The translations under genes and the position numbers were made by a program. A DNA stretch of 64,000 bases from Octopus bimaculoides (taxonomy: Eukaryota). The notes below the pieces were generated by a model. The model was not told where the DNA came from. It searched no databases and worked only from the letters and a program-made list of their open reading frames with translations. Numbering within the stretch: the first letter of the stretch is position 1; each line of letters starts with the position of its first letter. The DNA lies in assembly GCF_001194135.2 (NCBI RefSeq), contig NC_068984.1, positions 77,276,290 to 77,340,289 of the forward strand. Reading direction: 5' to 3'. Below are positions 13,612-26,284 of this stretch, in pieces.

Positions 13612-13982
13612 TACATAAGCACACACGCGTATACATGTATGTATGTATGTATGTATGTATGTATGTATGCATGTATATAAAGGAAAATTAAGTGACGCAT
13701 TTTCTTTTAAAAAGTTTATTGGAAATTCATTCTTTGTGTTTACTTACTCCATACAGAGATTGGTCATATCCTCAAGTAAATTCCATAAAGTCATATAAGT
13801 TGTAAAGTACTCTCGGAGTATAAATGCTTCACTTATATGAATTGAGTTATGTATCGCATGGTCCACACATGTCGAGAGCAAAGCATAGGGAGATACAGGG
13901 TGGGAGAGAGAGAGAGAGAGAGATTGATTTGTAAACAGAGAGACATAGATAGATTGATAAATAGAGAGGTTGGTATATAAAC

Positions 13983-14038
<56 letters not shown>

Positions 14039-14869
14039 GCCCACATGCATAATAAATTGGTTGATGTGTCTAACAAATGATTACTCATACGTAGTATGAG
14101 ATCATGTGTAAAACTCGATTTTTCTTTACCTCTAGATCTGGCTTTAACGAGATCTGCGTTCACATATTGCATCTTGGCTAGTTTGTCCTTCCCTGATTAA
14201 AGGAGATAGGAAATAAAAAAAAAATATAATAATAATTAAGATAATTTGAATTAACATGAAAGTATATTATAAAACTAAATCTTTGTTAGAAAATGTTAAA
14301 TTTCTTAAGTAATTAATAAAAATTTCTTTTAAAGATACATTAGAAACGAAAACAAATCGGAAAATCTCCGATCAAGACCAGGTCGTTGTGGTTATCATAA
14401 CAGCGCATCATATTGGGCACTATGATGTAGATACCGGTAAATCGTTTCTGTCAACTTGTAGGAGGACGTAATCTGTTTCATTCATGCAAGCACCACTTAT
14501 TGTATCACGGATTATATCTCTGTTAAATGTCTGAAAATGCTATAGAAATTGCTCTCTTTCCAGCCTGCAAATGGAATTCTTCACAACTTGCTGGAGAACT
14601 CTACTTACCAGTCAACGAGTCATTTAGAAGATATATAGTCAGGCTATGATTCATACAATTTTGTTACAAAATAATTAACTTTAGTCGTGTTAAAGGGAGA
14701 CTAGCTTCGGGGTCACTCGACTCGCAATAAGTAACAGTTAAATGTTCTTTAAATCATACTCAAAAAAGAAACGAGACATTTATTTTGTATGTAAGTAAAG
14801 TAAGTACCCTGGACATTACGGTCTCAAGTCATAGGACTCACAGGGTAACTTACCCTTTTTCCATAGGTA

Positions 14870-15062
14870 TAAATGACCAGGATTATAACATACCCCACTG
14901 AACGGGACACCAGTCCATCTCAGCGTTTTTCATTTACAGCTGAGTAGACTAGAACAACATAAGATAAAGTTGTTTATTCAAGAACACAATACGCTAACCA
15001 TTCAAGGAATCGAAACCACGATCTCGTATGCAGCACCTTCACCATTAGGCCACGCATCTTCA
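14870..15062 (-). mobile_element. tRNA-headed SINE (distinct family)
   Basis: Minus strand begins gatgcgtggcctaatggtgaaggtgctgcatacgagatcgtggtttcgattcc, with A-box and B-box-like motifs, followed by a non-tRNA body. Confidence 0.55.
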
Positions 15063-15142
15063 TAGTTCAATATGTTCTACCTATGCAAAAAATAATAATA
15101 ATAAAACGATAATGTTTAGAGACTAAATGCAAGTTGAGCCAG

Positions 15143-15370
15143 AAAGGCGGTGAGCTGGCAGAATCGTTAGCACGCCGGGCGAAATACTTAGCGGTTTTTT
15201 GTCTGACGTTAAGTTCTGAATTCAAATTTCGCTAAGGTCAGCTTTGCCTTTCATCCTTTCGTAAGTACTAATTACGCACTGGGATCGATGTAATCGACCT
15301 AAACACTTTGTTTCTCTTTGTTTGTCCCCTCTATGTTTAGCACACTGTGGACAATAAATAAATAAATAAA
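15143..15370 (+). mobile_element. tRNA-derived SINE (family B variant) with (AAAT)n tail
   Basis: aggcggtgagctggcagaatcgttagcacgccgggcgaaat..ttctgaattcaaatt; A box TGGCAGAATCG. Confidence 0.85.
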
Positions 15371-15900
15371 TAGGTGTTACCCTAGTTATATACCGTAGGT
15401 TTCTAGACCATCTCTGTCCTTCGGCTACGATAGTAAGTACATGGAAGTTTGAGTATGCGTCTGAGCTGTGACACTTTAATCCTTGATATATATTCCGTTA
15501 GCTTGCATAGAGTTGAAATGAATGGAAAAAGATTACAAAAACATGCAGTCGCCCAATTAATTAGATTTCATTGGGATTCACTTTCGGTGTTGAGTCAAAT
15601 GTTTTGAAACGCAAAAGTTAATATTTTTTCTTTTAGTTTTCATTCCTATTGTTTATGCTGATATTTGTTTTCAAACGAACTGACAGATTACGTGACTGGC
15701 AAAGAAACCACATTTAGTTATCCAAACCAGAACCAACAAATCATAGATATTCGATACTATTCTATTATCGACCGCTAATATATTATGTACTAATGAATTA
15801 ATAAACTGTTACACTCGTGAGACGTGTGTAATACTTGATTAAAGAGTTTTGGAATAGTTATCACTATCTCTTAGAGGAAGGTACCAATATATAATTTATC

Positions 15901-16111
15901 GAAGGCGGAAAGCTGTCAGAATCGTTAATACGCCGGTCAAAATGCTTAGCGGCATTTCGTCCGTCGTCACGTTCTGAGTTCAAATTCCGCTACAGTTGAC
16001 TTTATCCTTTCGGGCACGTGGTAAAATAAATGCCAGTTGAACAATGGGATCGATTTAATCGACTTATCCCTTTCCCCAAACCTGCTGGCATTGGGCCAAC
16101 ATTTGAAGCCC
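15901..16111 (+). mobile_element. tRNA-derived SINE (family B)
   Basis: Colinear with 8224-8440; B box gagttcaaattc. Confidence 0.85.
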
Positions 16112-16478
16112 ATATATACTTTATTGGAAAAGAGCACGGGATTAGAAAGCAAAAATGTTCAAAATTAAAGGTTTTGGTCAAAAATTCTTTCACAGAAGGA
16201 AACAACCACCCAGTTCTTTGTCTTACCTCGAGGTGGATATATCTCTTCCGAAAGACCGTCGATCGATTGTAACAATCATCTCACGAGTGTCATAGTTATT
16301 TTACTAATCATTTTAGGAAACAAAAAAAAAATGTTTGTTTCTGCCCCTGAATGTTTTGTTCGTTTTTCCCTTCTTTTATTCTTTTTTTGCTAATTCATAA
16401 TAAATTTATGAAACATTGTCTATTTGAGATATAATATATATTTACCTTTGTACGTTTTCTTTTTTTTTTTCCTGCTAG

Positions 16479-16641
16479 GCGGTTCCATTACAAAAGCAAT
16501 ATTCTACACATCAACCTCTTCTTGGCATTTTGTTTTCGCTCCATTTTCGCCTTGATGCGTATCTACTTATTCACTTACGGATATGCCATGTCAATTGATA
16601 TGGAAGAGAAGGGCGGTTTGTTAATCTTCAAACCGGGATCG
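16479..16641 (+). CDS. Class B1 GPCR exon encoding ICL1, TM2 and a long ECL1
   Basis: Poly-T tract plus cctgctAG, donor GTaagt at 16642. RFHYKSNILHINLFLAFCFRSIFALMRIYLFTYGYAMSIDMEEKGGLLIFKPGS has the HxNLFxxFxxR TM2 motif; phase 2/0. Confidence 0.95.
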
Positions 16642-16689
16642 GTAAGTCAGATAAAACACACAAAATCACACCTACACAAGCACGTACGA

Positions 16690-16723
<34 letters not shown>

Positions 16724-16940
16724 ACACACACTCACACTCATACACACATTCACATACACACGCACATAACAAACCTAGCCCTCTTTTGTTTGAATTATAA
16801 TGTCCAATATCACTTAGCGTAGAAAATGTTAACAGCTACTTCATTCATAATATATGTAACCGAAAGTTATGACGAAAATAGAGGATGGCTTTTATGCAGC
16901 AGCAGGAGAACAGTCACTGATATTAAACGTACCTACGTGT

Positions 16941-16974
<34 letters not shown>

Positions 16975-17701
16975 TCGTGTGCGTGCGTGTGCGTGCGCGT
17001 GTGTTTGTGTGCGTGCGCGTGCGTGTGTATGTATTGCATTCAGATTGCACTACGGGATAGTCTTTCCACATGCTTCAAGATCTTCCGATAATATACGTGA
17101 GTGTACGCATGGACACACACACACACACACGTATAAACACACACAAACATGTACAGACACACACACACACATATATATTACATCACAGATGCAGATTTGT
17201 TGATTTGTGTAAGAAATACGTCATAAAATAACGTCGTAGTTCTATCAATGACGATATTACAAGATGATAAATCATGAAAGAGGAAAGGAAAGACGTATGT
17301 TTTTTGTATTTAAAACAAATACAAAACTATATTTGTCTTCCATAATATACCGCTTCAAATTATTACAAAGTTCACTGTACGCTGGATGTTTTTCAGACGG
17401 TTGTAATGCTTCTAATTAACGATAGAAAATGTCGCCAACATCATGTCATAAACCAGGCTTCGTGTATTTTTTACTTACATAATTTAGTTAGAGTAAGAAA
17501 GAGGAGACGAAGACCATGACCTTTGTAGACTCACTAGCTTTGGTGAAAACGATGCAGTCGATATCTAAGAATTCAATATTTCAATGCATGAAGGTATGTA
17601 AGGTATGTCTTCTAAAATAAACGTACAATTTTAGCCTCAGTGCCATACAATCTCTCTAGGGCCAAAAAATGGAATCGATCTGACAATTTTTAATCTTGTT
17701 A

Positions 17702-17806
17702 GATATTCGTTCTTGAAGGAGAGATTCGTTCTTCTGCGGAGAGATTCGTTCTTCTGCGGAGAGATTCGTTCTTCTGCGGAGAGATTCGTTCTTCTGCGGA
17801 GAGATT
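17702..17806. repeat. Minisatellite, 20-bp unit ggagagattcgttcttctgc, four exact copies plus partial flanks
   Basis: Directly visible tandem units starting at 17718. Confidence 0.95.
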
Positions 17807-19752
17807 GGCCTATCCATAGAAAGGTTAGCAGTTTGTTGTTATTTACAGTATAAAGACTAGATGAGCGCCCAAGCGTTCTCTTACATTGCCTGCTAACAGT
17901 ATATGCATACAACGTAGATTAAGTAGTTCATTCACAGACCACTACACAGTGTTTTTACAAAACATATTTTAAAGTACAGGATTATACCCATTTAAAATAA
18001 AAAGGCAATTTTAAACTACGCTGTGAGAAATAAAGAACGTGGTTATACCACTGATTTTATTTTCTGTGGACAGAAGAATGTGAAATTAACCTGAGTAGTT
18101 TTTATTTTTTTAGACACTTATAAGCAAACTCATTAATTTTACAATAACGCTGGTGTATGTGTGTGCCTCGAATGCCTATCAGAATTTTGTGATTTTCATT
18201 TGAGTCATAATTTAGTGATTGGAGGAAGAGAAAGAGTAGTGTCCATAACCAAACTTGGCACTCCTGAAAGATTAATGCGACTGGTGGAGAATACCTAGCC
18301 TGAATATCAATAAACAATGTTTTCAGCAAAATGAAAGTATCTTATTGCTTGCTTCTGAGTCATAATGAATGAGAGCAAGCATCATCAGAAAGCTCCAAAT
18401 ATTCATAATCTTCTAAATATTAGATATCCTGAAATTGTGAGCAACAAATACGTCTGGGACAAAGTGAAACACATTAGAAAATAACACGTTGCAAGTGAAA
18501 ATAGATAGGTCTCTCGAGAGAAATACTTTGCAAGGCAAACGTTAGATTGTAAACCAGAAAAGGGAAGGAACATACAACGTCTGGGATCACCAGGTTGAGA
18601 TTCGCAATAGAAGAAATAAAGATAAAAGAAATGATAAAGAAAAACCTGAAAAGAAAAAAATACAGTTTAGATTGCATTGGAAGACTGCAGTGGAGAGCAT
18701 ACATTGCACCAGAAATTCAAATTGCGCCTGAACACGCGGGTGAATGTCTCCAGCGAAATAAACGAAAGATATTTCGTGAAGAATAACCCGGAGGGTCTAG
18801 TGTGAAAATTTGAAAACCGTTACACTTCTCTAATGGGGTCAAAAGAGCTATGATACCTGTTGCTTGTTACTTCGCCCTAGGTCTGTTGTGACAAAGTATA
18901 CGTACGATTAAAGGCTTGATCATACGTCCACTAGAACATGACCTCCCGTTTTTCTCGGATATTGTGCAGTTAAAACTACATTATCGAATGTCTTCTTCTT
19001 TTAAGAAAATAGCTTACAGTTTGAGGCATATTTAGCTGCTAATCTAGCTGGTCAAGTAAATGATGTTTGACAAAATACTATAACCTTGACACTAGATACA
19101 TAAGGAGCTATCACCGAACACTGTCTCTGTGAAGCTGAAAATGAAAAGTATTTGCGGATATCAATTCCGCATTTAGTTGAAAGCAATGTACAAGATACAA
19201 GATATTCATTTTATTATTTTTTTTTAAATGTTAAGTTTTTAAAGTTGAAAGAGACTTTTGCGTCACTCTATACAGGATAAAGTAATGTCATTTAAGAGAG
19301 ATTTCGCTATAACTTCTAGCATGTCGTGGGACCATCAAGAAGGTCTAACCCATGTTTCGGTAAAATGATAGAAATGGTGTCGAGCTTCATTTGTTCCGAG
19401 ATCAAAATCAGCTTACAGCAACTTTGTTTTCTTCATTCTAGGAAAAATGAAATTATTTCATAATTCTTTGGACTGTATTCATCGCAAAAGAACATCAACA
19501 GTAAATACACACTACAAAAGAATCATACGTCATAGGATTAATTACGTATGATTCTTATGATGTATGATTCTTTTCTCATAAAACACATTTATTATTCTCA
19601 ATCAAAAGTGTACAAATTAATGGATCGTAGCTACTCATTAACTTACAATCAACCTTTTTTTATCTCTATCTTTCTCTCTATGTCTTTCTCTCTATGTCTT
19701 TCTCTCTATGTCTCTCTCTCTCTTCTATATATATATCTCTCTCTCTTCTATA

Positions 19753-19807
<55 letters not shown>

Positions 19808-20036
19808 NNNNNNNNNNNNNNNNNNNNNNNNNNNNNNNNNNNNNNNNNNNNNNNNNNNNNNNNNNNNNNNNNNNNNNNNNNNNNNNNNNNNNNNNNNNNN
19901 NNNNNNNNNNNNNNNNNNNNNNNNNNNNNNNNNNNNNNNNNNNNNNNNNNNNNNATATATATATATATATATATACGTAGAATACGCTTGTCTGTTCCAT
20001 CGTGTAGTAATGTCATTGACTTTCTTTTTATTTCAG

Positions 20037-20193
20037 CATTGGCAATGTCGTCTGTTGTTTACATTATTCCACTACGGTATCGCCGTCAGCCAATCATGGA
20101 TATTTATCGAAGGACTTTATCTTCAGATGTTATTTTATCGAACACTTATGACTCAACAACGAGGCATCAAGCTCTACATCATATTTGGATGGA
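20037..20193 (+). CDS. Class B1 GPCR exon encoding TM3, ICL2 and start of TM4
   Basis: Acceptor tttttatttcAG, donor GTaagt at 20194. HWQCRLLFTLFHYGIAVSQSWIFIEGLYLQMLFYRTLMTQQRGIKLYIIFGW has the WxxxEGLYL and YxxxGW motifs; phase 0/1. Confidence 0.96.
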
Positions 20194-20470
20194 GTAAGTG
20201 ACGCCATAGAGCACTTAGAATCTTTCTATATATATATATATTTTTCTCTACTTAAAACCTATCTAATTTCATGAGTATTTTTGTTTATTATATTCTTGTC
20301 AATTTTTAGTATGGAATGATATTTAGTGATTTGTTACAGGTTGCTATCCTTATGTTGCGTGTCCCCCGTCTAAGTAGGAACGTATTTCATTATGCAACCA
20401 TTGCTCTTTTTGTCGCATCTACATTTTTTTTACTACCTCCTACAGAATGTTTATTAATATTATTTAAGAG

Positions 20471-20610
20471 AGTAAAGCCGCGAGCTCGCAGAATTGTTAG
20501 CACGTTGAGACAAATGCATAGCTGTATTTCGTCTGTCTTTACGTTCTGGGTTCAAAATCGAATTACCCACTCCCCAAGAATTTCTGGTCTTGTGCCAAAA
20601 TTTGAAATCA
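20471..20610 (+). mobile_element. Internally deleted SINE (family B)
   Basis: gccgcgagctcgcagaattgttagcacg..acgttctgggttcaaaatc, then directly the 3' part ttctggtcttgtgccaaaatttgaaatc. Confidence 0.75.
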
Positions 20611-21756
20611 ATATTACATAAGAGAGTGAAGGCGCATGGATTAGTGCTAAGTGTGATTGACTCATGTTTATAAAAGTACGGGTTCAATCCCTGGGCCTTA
20701 GTGGGTGAGTTGTATCATTATGCAAGACGCCTCATTTCAAGCTGTTCCAGTTTTCTCAACTGTAGAGGGGCACCAGCTTGGTGCCGGCCCAACATGCTTT
20801 TCCTCCGCTTTTCATTTCCTGCATATTTTTCTAAGTCAAGGTGAGGGGACCGAGTGGATGTTTATGTCTGCTCGCGACTACTCAGGCACCTAAAACAATT
20901 AGCGAAAACTGGGCACTCGTTATCAAGTCTTGTCATTGCACATGTAAGTGATCAGTAAATTTTCTCAGAATATTTTCGTGGTATTTCATTGGAATGTTTT
21001 GTTTGAGCTCAAATGTTATCGGGGTTGATAAAATATATTATAATTCAAGTCCTGTCTCCAGGGCTTGAATAACGGCATTCTTTAATTGGTTGATTCCTAC
21101 TCCTGTTCTTATTCTAAATGCATTGATTTTGGCGGAATATTACATGCGTCAGACAAACTGAGAATTTGGGAGGATAAAGTTAAAATAAGAGAAAGAAAAC
21201 GAGGAAGAAAACTGGTAGAGCTATAAATGGAACGATAGGCTTAATGCAGGAAGCTTGGTACTTGGCCAGGTCAGTGACTGCAGTAAATATCTTGTCGATA
21301 GTACTATTCACATACATATCTGTAAAACCTATATATATATATATTTACCTGCCGTTGAGATCATGCTAATGACTACAAAAATATTCATAGTGTCCTACGT
21401 ATATTTACGTTGAATAGTAGACTCTCAAAAACACGTTCACACATATGTATAAACGTACACACTTTCACAAATACATACATAATTCATTTCTATTAAAGGC
21501 AGTAAGCCTGAAATTTTGGGGAAGGGAACTAGTCGGTTACATTGACACCAGTGTTTCACTAGTACTTAATTTATCGGCCCGAAAAGGCGAAAGGGACATA
21601 TTATAGGGTCTTTATTTGATTTTTTTATTAGAAGTTTTTTAAAATAAAAAATACTGCATTTTATGTTACATTCACGTCTTTCAAAGATTTTAATATTTTT
21701 ACTTCCGGTTTTCCAGTGTCAGTGACGTAACATATCTCCTTATGTATACCTCTCTA

Positions 21757-21791
<35 letters not shown>

Positions 21792-23304
21792 ATCTCTATC
21801 TCCTTGTAACATCTATCTATATCTCTTGTTTTCACTTTCATTTTACAGACCTTATTCTTTTCATTTTCAATTTTCATACGCCATTGTTTAACTTCCATTT
21901 TATTGTTTACATTGTAAGTCTAAGTTTTGAATCCCTATTTACAAACAAACAACGACAAATTACTGACAGAAACAAATTCACAATTACTGATATAAGTAAT
22001 TTCATTGGTTCACTGAGTGACAAATTTCCCTTCAACCCCTACAATACTTTCTTTTCCGTTAAAATTTCTTATATATTTTCTGCCTGTCGTATTAAGAACT
22101 ACAGATTTCTGCCCCCCCCCCCAACATAATTTCCATGGTATAACTTTCAGAATTATGGATATTTCTTCATAAAATATTCTACGAATATGTGTTCTATCAT
22201 GTCAGTTTCGAATATATAAAACTTTGGGGAGTAACTGTTTTAGGAGGGGGTGGAGATTTTACGAAAATTCACCCGAGTCTACTTCAGTTCGTCTTAACTT
22301 ACAAGAAAAATGAATATTTNNNNNNNNNNNNNNNNNNNNNNNNNNNNNNNNNNNNNNNNNNNNNNNNNNNNNNNNNNNNNNNNNNNNNNNNNNNNNNNNN
22401 NNNNNNNNNNNNNNNNNNNNNNNNNNNNNNNNNNNNNNNNNNNNNNNNNNNNNNNNNNNNNNNNNNNNNNNNNNNNNNNNNNNNNNNNNNNNNNNNNNNN
22501 NNNNNNNNNNNNNNNNNNNNNNNNNNNNNNNNNNNNNNNNNNNNNNNNNNNNNNNNNNNNNNNNNNNNNNNNNNNNNNNNNNNNNNNNNNNNNNNNNNNN
22601 NNNNNNNNNNNNNNNNNNNNNNNNNNNNNNNNNNNNNNNNNNNNNNNNNNNNNNNNNNNNNNNNNNNNNNNNNNNNNNNNNNNNNNNNNNNNNNNNNNNN
22701 NNNNNNNNNNNNNNNNNNNNNNNNNNNNNNNNNNNNNNNNNNNNNNNNAGGTTTGATTTTTTTATTACACAAACATCCCTTTAAAATTATGCAATTAAAC
22801 ATTTGGCGCCCAAAAAATATGGGCATTATTTTGCTGGAACTCGCACACTTCGTTTATTTACGTAAACTTATTTTATTTATTTTCTTTTTCACGCTGTCTT
22901 AAGCTCTTTGTATTTATAAGCCACACACGCACACGTGTTTTTGCATGTACGTTTGTATACATTTATGTATAGTATGTGTGTCTGTATGTGTGTAAATGAG
23001 TGATGGGGTGTGTTGTCATGTATTCGTACATACATAAATACATATGTATACATCTTTTCCGTGTATATGTATGTGTGTGTGAGGGAGATTGATATCTAAG
23101 TGTCATTCTTTCTCTCTCTCTAACACACGCGCGCGCGCACACACACAAACATACAAGAAATATGTACGTCTATTATTTATGTATGTACATATATATGACA
23201 ACACACACCTTCACTCTCTCTCTCTCTCACACACACACACACCTCCATTTTATCTGTGGTTTGATACTGTATGTATATGTATCTGTGTGTGTGTGTGTGT
23301 GTGC

Positions 23305-24305
23305 AGAGGAATATTCTTTCTTGATGCTCCTGGTGACACACGCAAAACGTTTGTAACATTGCTTCTCTCCAAAGCAAGGCAACAAAACAAAAATTGCAGT
23401 TGCTGTGCCATTGTCTGGCTTTGCTGCTACCATTCTCGGAGAAGGACGAACAGCTTATTCTGCTTTTAAATTACCACTAAACTTAGTCACAAGTGACAGT
23501 CTAAATCGTAACATAAGCAAAGATTCAGGTTCAGCAGAAGTGTTGTGCCAATGCTACCTATCAATTGGAATGAATGCACCATGTTACATAGAGGTGCAAT
23601 GGAAGCTCTTGGTAAAACCTTACAGGATATCAGAGGCAACAAAAAATTTATGGGAGGAGTTATATTAGTTTTATCAGATGACTTCAGAGAAACATTACCA
23701 GTCGTTCTGAAACGAACAAGATCTGATGCAATAAAAACATGCATTATGTCTTCATACATATGGAATAAAGTACTGAAATTCTTCTTCAATACTTACGTGC
23801 CAGCTTCATTACATGGGGACCAATGCGCAAAATAGTTTTCAACCTACCTCCTCCAATTAGGAAATAGGAAAGTACCACTTGATGGGAATGATGATATCAG
23901 TTTGGCTCATATTGCTATCATGGTGAATTCCCCAGCTGAATTGAAGAACAGGGTGATTCCAGACTTAAAAGTAATAATTATAATTCATATAAATGGTTGT
24001 GGGAAAGGACAATTCTTAATCCAAACAATGAGACAATAGCAAGAATTAACCATGAATTAATGAATATGATTCCAACAGTCATTAAGAAGTACAAATCAGT
24101 TGATTCAGTCCTTGATGAAAATCAAGCTGTCCATTACCTAACTGAATTCCTTAATTCTCTTGAGCCACCTGGAATTCCTCCACATAAACTTTTTCTGGAG
24201 GTAGGAGTGCCAATAGGGCTTCTAAGGTATTTAGATCCTCATGAATTATGCAATGGGACAGGGTTGATTGTGAAGACATTATCACCGAATGTGACAGAAG
24301 CTACC
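23305..24305 (+). mobile_element. Helitron PIF1-family helicase fragment (pseudogenised)
   Basis: Frameshifted pieces: IFFLDAPGDTRKTF (decayed Walker A), SGFAATILGEGRTAYSAFKLPL, MEALGKTLQDIRGNKKFMGGVILVLSDDFRETLPVV, and EFLNSLEPPGIPPHKLFLEVGVPIGLLRYLDPHELCNGTGLIVKTL. These are classic Helitron RepHel helicase motifs. Confidence 0.92.
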
Positions 24306-24406
24306 ATGCAGCTGGTAAGCAAACTTCTTACCACACAGCTACACCTATATGCATACGTATATACATTCATATATATAAATATATATACACACATGTGTAT
24401 ATACAC

Positions 24407-24499
<93 letters not shown>

Positions 24500-24574
24500 C
24501 ATGCATATTCATATATATATATGTGTGTGTCTGTGTCTGTGTATGCATGCGTGTGTCTTTGCGTTTGTGTTTGT

Positions 24575-24760
24575 CATTCCACCACCACTTGATCACCGGT
24601 GTTAGTTTGTTTATGTCTGCATAACCTGTGATTCAGCAACAGAGACCGATAAAAAAGGTATCAGGATTGAGAAAAATGCACATAGGTTGATTTCTTTTCG
24701 ACTAAAGTCCTCAAGGTGTTGCCTCACCATATCCGCATTCCAATAACTGAAATAAGTACC
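24575..24760 (-). mobile_element. SINE-like repeat (family A)
   Basis: ccaccacttgatcaccggtgttagtttgtttatgtc..cagcaacagagaccgataaaa is the reverse complement of the 1021-1135 type. Confidence 0.65.
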
Positions 24761-25250
24761 AGAAAGTGAAAAATAGTTATATAGGGAGAAGATATATGTA
24801 GTGATATGTAAATAGGCATGGAGGTATATACGCATGGATAAATACGTTCGTATACACACAGAGATACAGGCAATCACGTATAAACAAATACATACACATA
24901 TGTATATCAACTGATTCGTTAGATTCGCTTCTGTTTCTTTCATTGCCAAATCTATTTTCATTGTACTTACCTCACCTTGTTGCTTTTTCTTTATATATCT
25001 ATACTTCTTTCAGTCTTGTTTCGTTGTCTGTCTCACTTCATCTATTATTTCTTTTCTACTCTCAGCCTCATTAACTAACTCATGACATTTCAGTAATTTT
25101 CACCTATTTCGTATATACATGCATACATGCATGCATACATACATACATACATACATACATACATACATTCACAGGTACATAAATACATACATATGCATAC
25201 GTACATAATATATAGATAAAACAAAACATATAAATCTGCACTTGTACATA

Positions 25251-26149
25251 CGAGAGTGTACCTAAAACGGACCGGAATTTTGCAATATTATTTTATTCAC
25301 TTAGTTTTATACGTTTACAATTTAATCACCTTCAAAGTATTCTCCATTTGAAACACTGTATCGGTCCAGACGCGTTTTCCACTGTTGAAAGCAGTACTTA
25401 TACTCGTTCAAAGTGATGCCATTTAAGGCTTCCGTCGTTTTTTTTTTCTTCGCGTCTTCTACATCTGCTTATTCCGTAGCACCGGCTTTTGTCACTAGTA
25501 ATGACCTTCGGAAAAAGGTCCGGATCAACTTCCAATTATTCTTTCAGTTCACGCATTCAGTCGTGACTGTTTTTGATGTTCCGTGAGCAAGCGAGGCACA
25601 ATTTTTGCTGCAACTCTCTTCATTCGCAATTCCTCGCTCAAAATTCGTTGGCAGGAGCTCTGGGACACACAGGTCATATCTACAAGCGTGTCAATTGTTC
25701 CGTGACGGTCCTCCAATATCAGTTCGTGAATTTTCATGATGTTTTCATTCGTTCGGGACGTCAATGGTCGCCCTGAACGAGGTTGGTCCTCAAGCAACAA
25801 GTGAAAACCACTCTTAAACCAGTGATTTGCTCATGGCGGCAGCTTTGTAAGTTGTTCGAAGCATGACAACTGTTTCGGCTGTCGTTTTCCCCAGCAGAAG
25901 AAAAAACAACAAAATTTCACTGAAGCACGCTGTTTCTTTGTTTCAGCCATCGCAAGAAATCTTGAAATAAAACTGAATAATGACATACAGAAGCATTGTA
26001 AAACACGTGGCAGTATGACACGAGTGGACAACGCCGGTCTGCAGACTGATGCCTGAGGGTTGCATCAAGTGGCTTCTGACGGGGAAAACCTGAACTACAA
26101 TGGGTTTGTCCCACAGAGAACGTTTCCGGTTATTTTGGGTACCCCCTCG
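25251..26149 (-). mobile_element. Internally deleted mariner element with both TIRs and TA flanks
   Basis: Left end TA|cgagagtgtacctaaaacggaccggaa; right end (reverse complement) TA|cgagggggtacccaaaataaccggaa. Minus-strand remnants are MAETKKQRASVKFC (ATG at 25950) and LEDQPRSGRPLTSRTNENIMKIHELILEDRHGTIDTLVDMTCVSQSSCQRILSEELRMKRVAAKIVPRLLT (HTH plus WVPxxL-like linker). Confidence 0.92.
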
Positions 26150-26168
26150 TACGTACATACATACATAC

Positions 26169-26284
26169 AAAAATATCCTGTAGTTGCTTTTGAAATTCCA
26201 GTGATGGAACCTTGGATCTAGGTTAGAAAGCGGTTCTTTCTCTATTGGCCAGAAATCTTCAAATAAAACTGAGTAATGACATAC
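26169..26284 (+). repeat. Short interspersed element flanked by (ATAC)n
   Basis: gaaattccagtgatggaaccttggatctaggttagaaagcggttctttctctattgg..aaataaaactgagtaatgac has homologues at ~44925-45050 (-) and ~59470-59575 (+). Confidence 0.75.

Larger units (their letters stand above)
737..20193 (+). other. Partial gene model: secretin-family GPCR, PTH/glucagon/secretin-receptor-like (invertebrate PTHR-like group); both ends outside the recognisable region
   Basis: Five exons total 642 nt and join without frameshift or stop. Splice positions (in the ICL1 Arg codon, and just after TM4 GW) match my recollection of class B1 gene structure. The subfamily call rests on GYxxSL, HINLFLAF and EGLYL plus the long ECL1; it is inference and no tree was run. 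Confidence 0.85.

Noticed and set aside
14568-14650. Good-looking acceptor ctctctttccAG in intron 3
   Set aside because: All three frames hit stops, no suitable donor was found, and exons 3 and 4 already join with canonical ICL1 spacing. The upstream sequence looks like possible Tc1 debris, too weak to call.
17702-17806. Regular 20-bp repeats superficially like a CRISPR array
   Set aside because: The units are contiguous with no spacers, in eukaryotic intron context; an ordinary minisatellite.
18345-18392. Minus-strand CTGATGAT followed by a GCTTGC/GCAAGC hairpin
   Set aside because: No GAAA, stem III or stem I follows, so a hammerhead cannot be supported.
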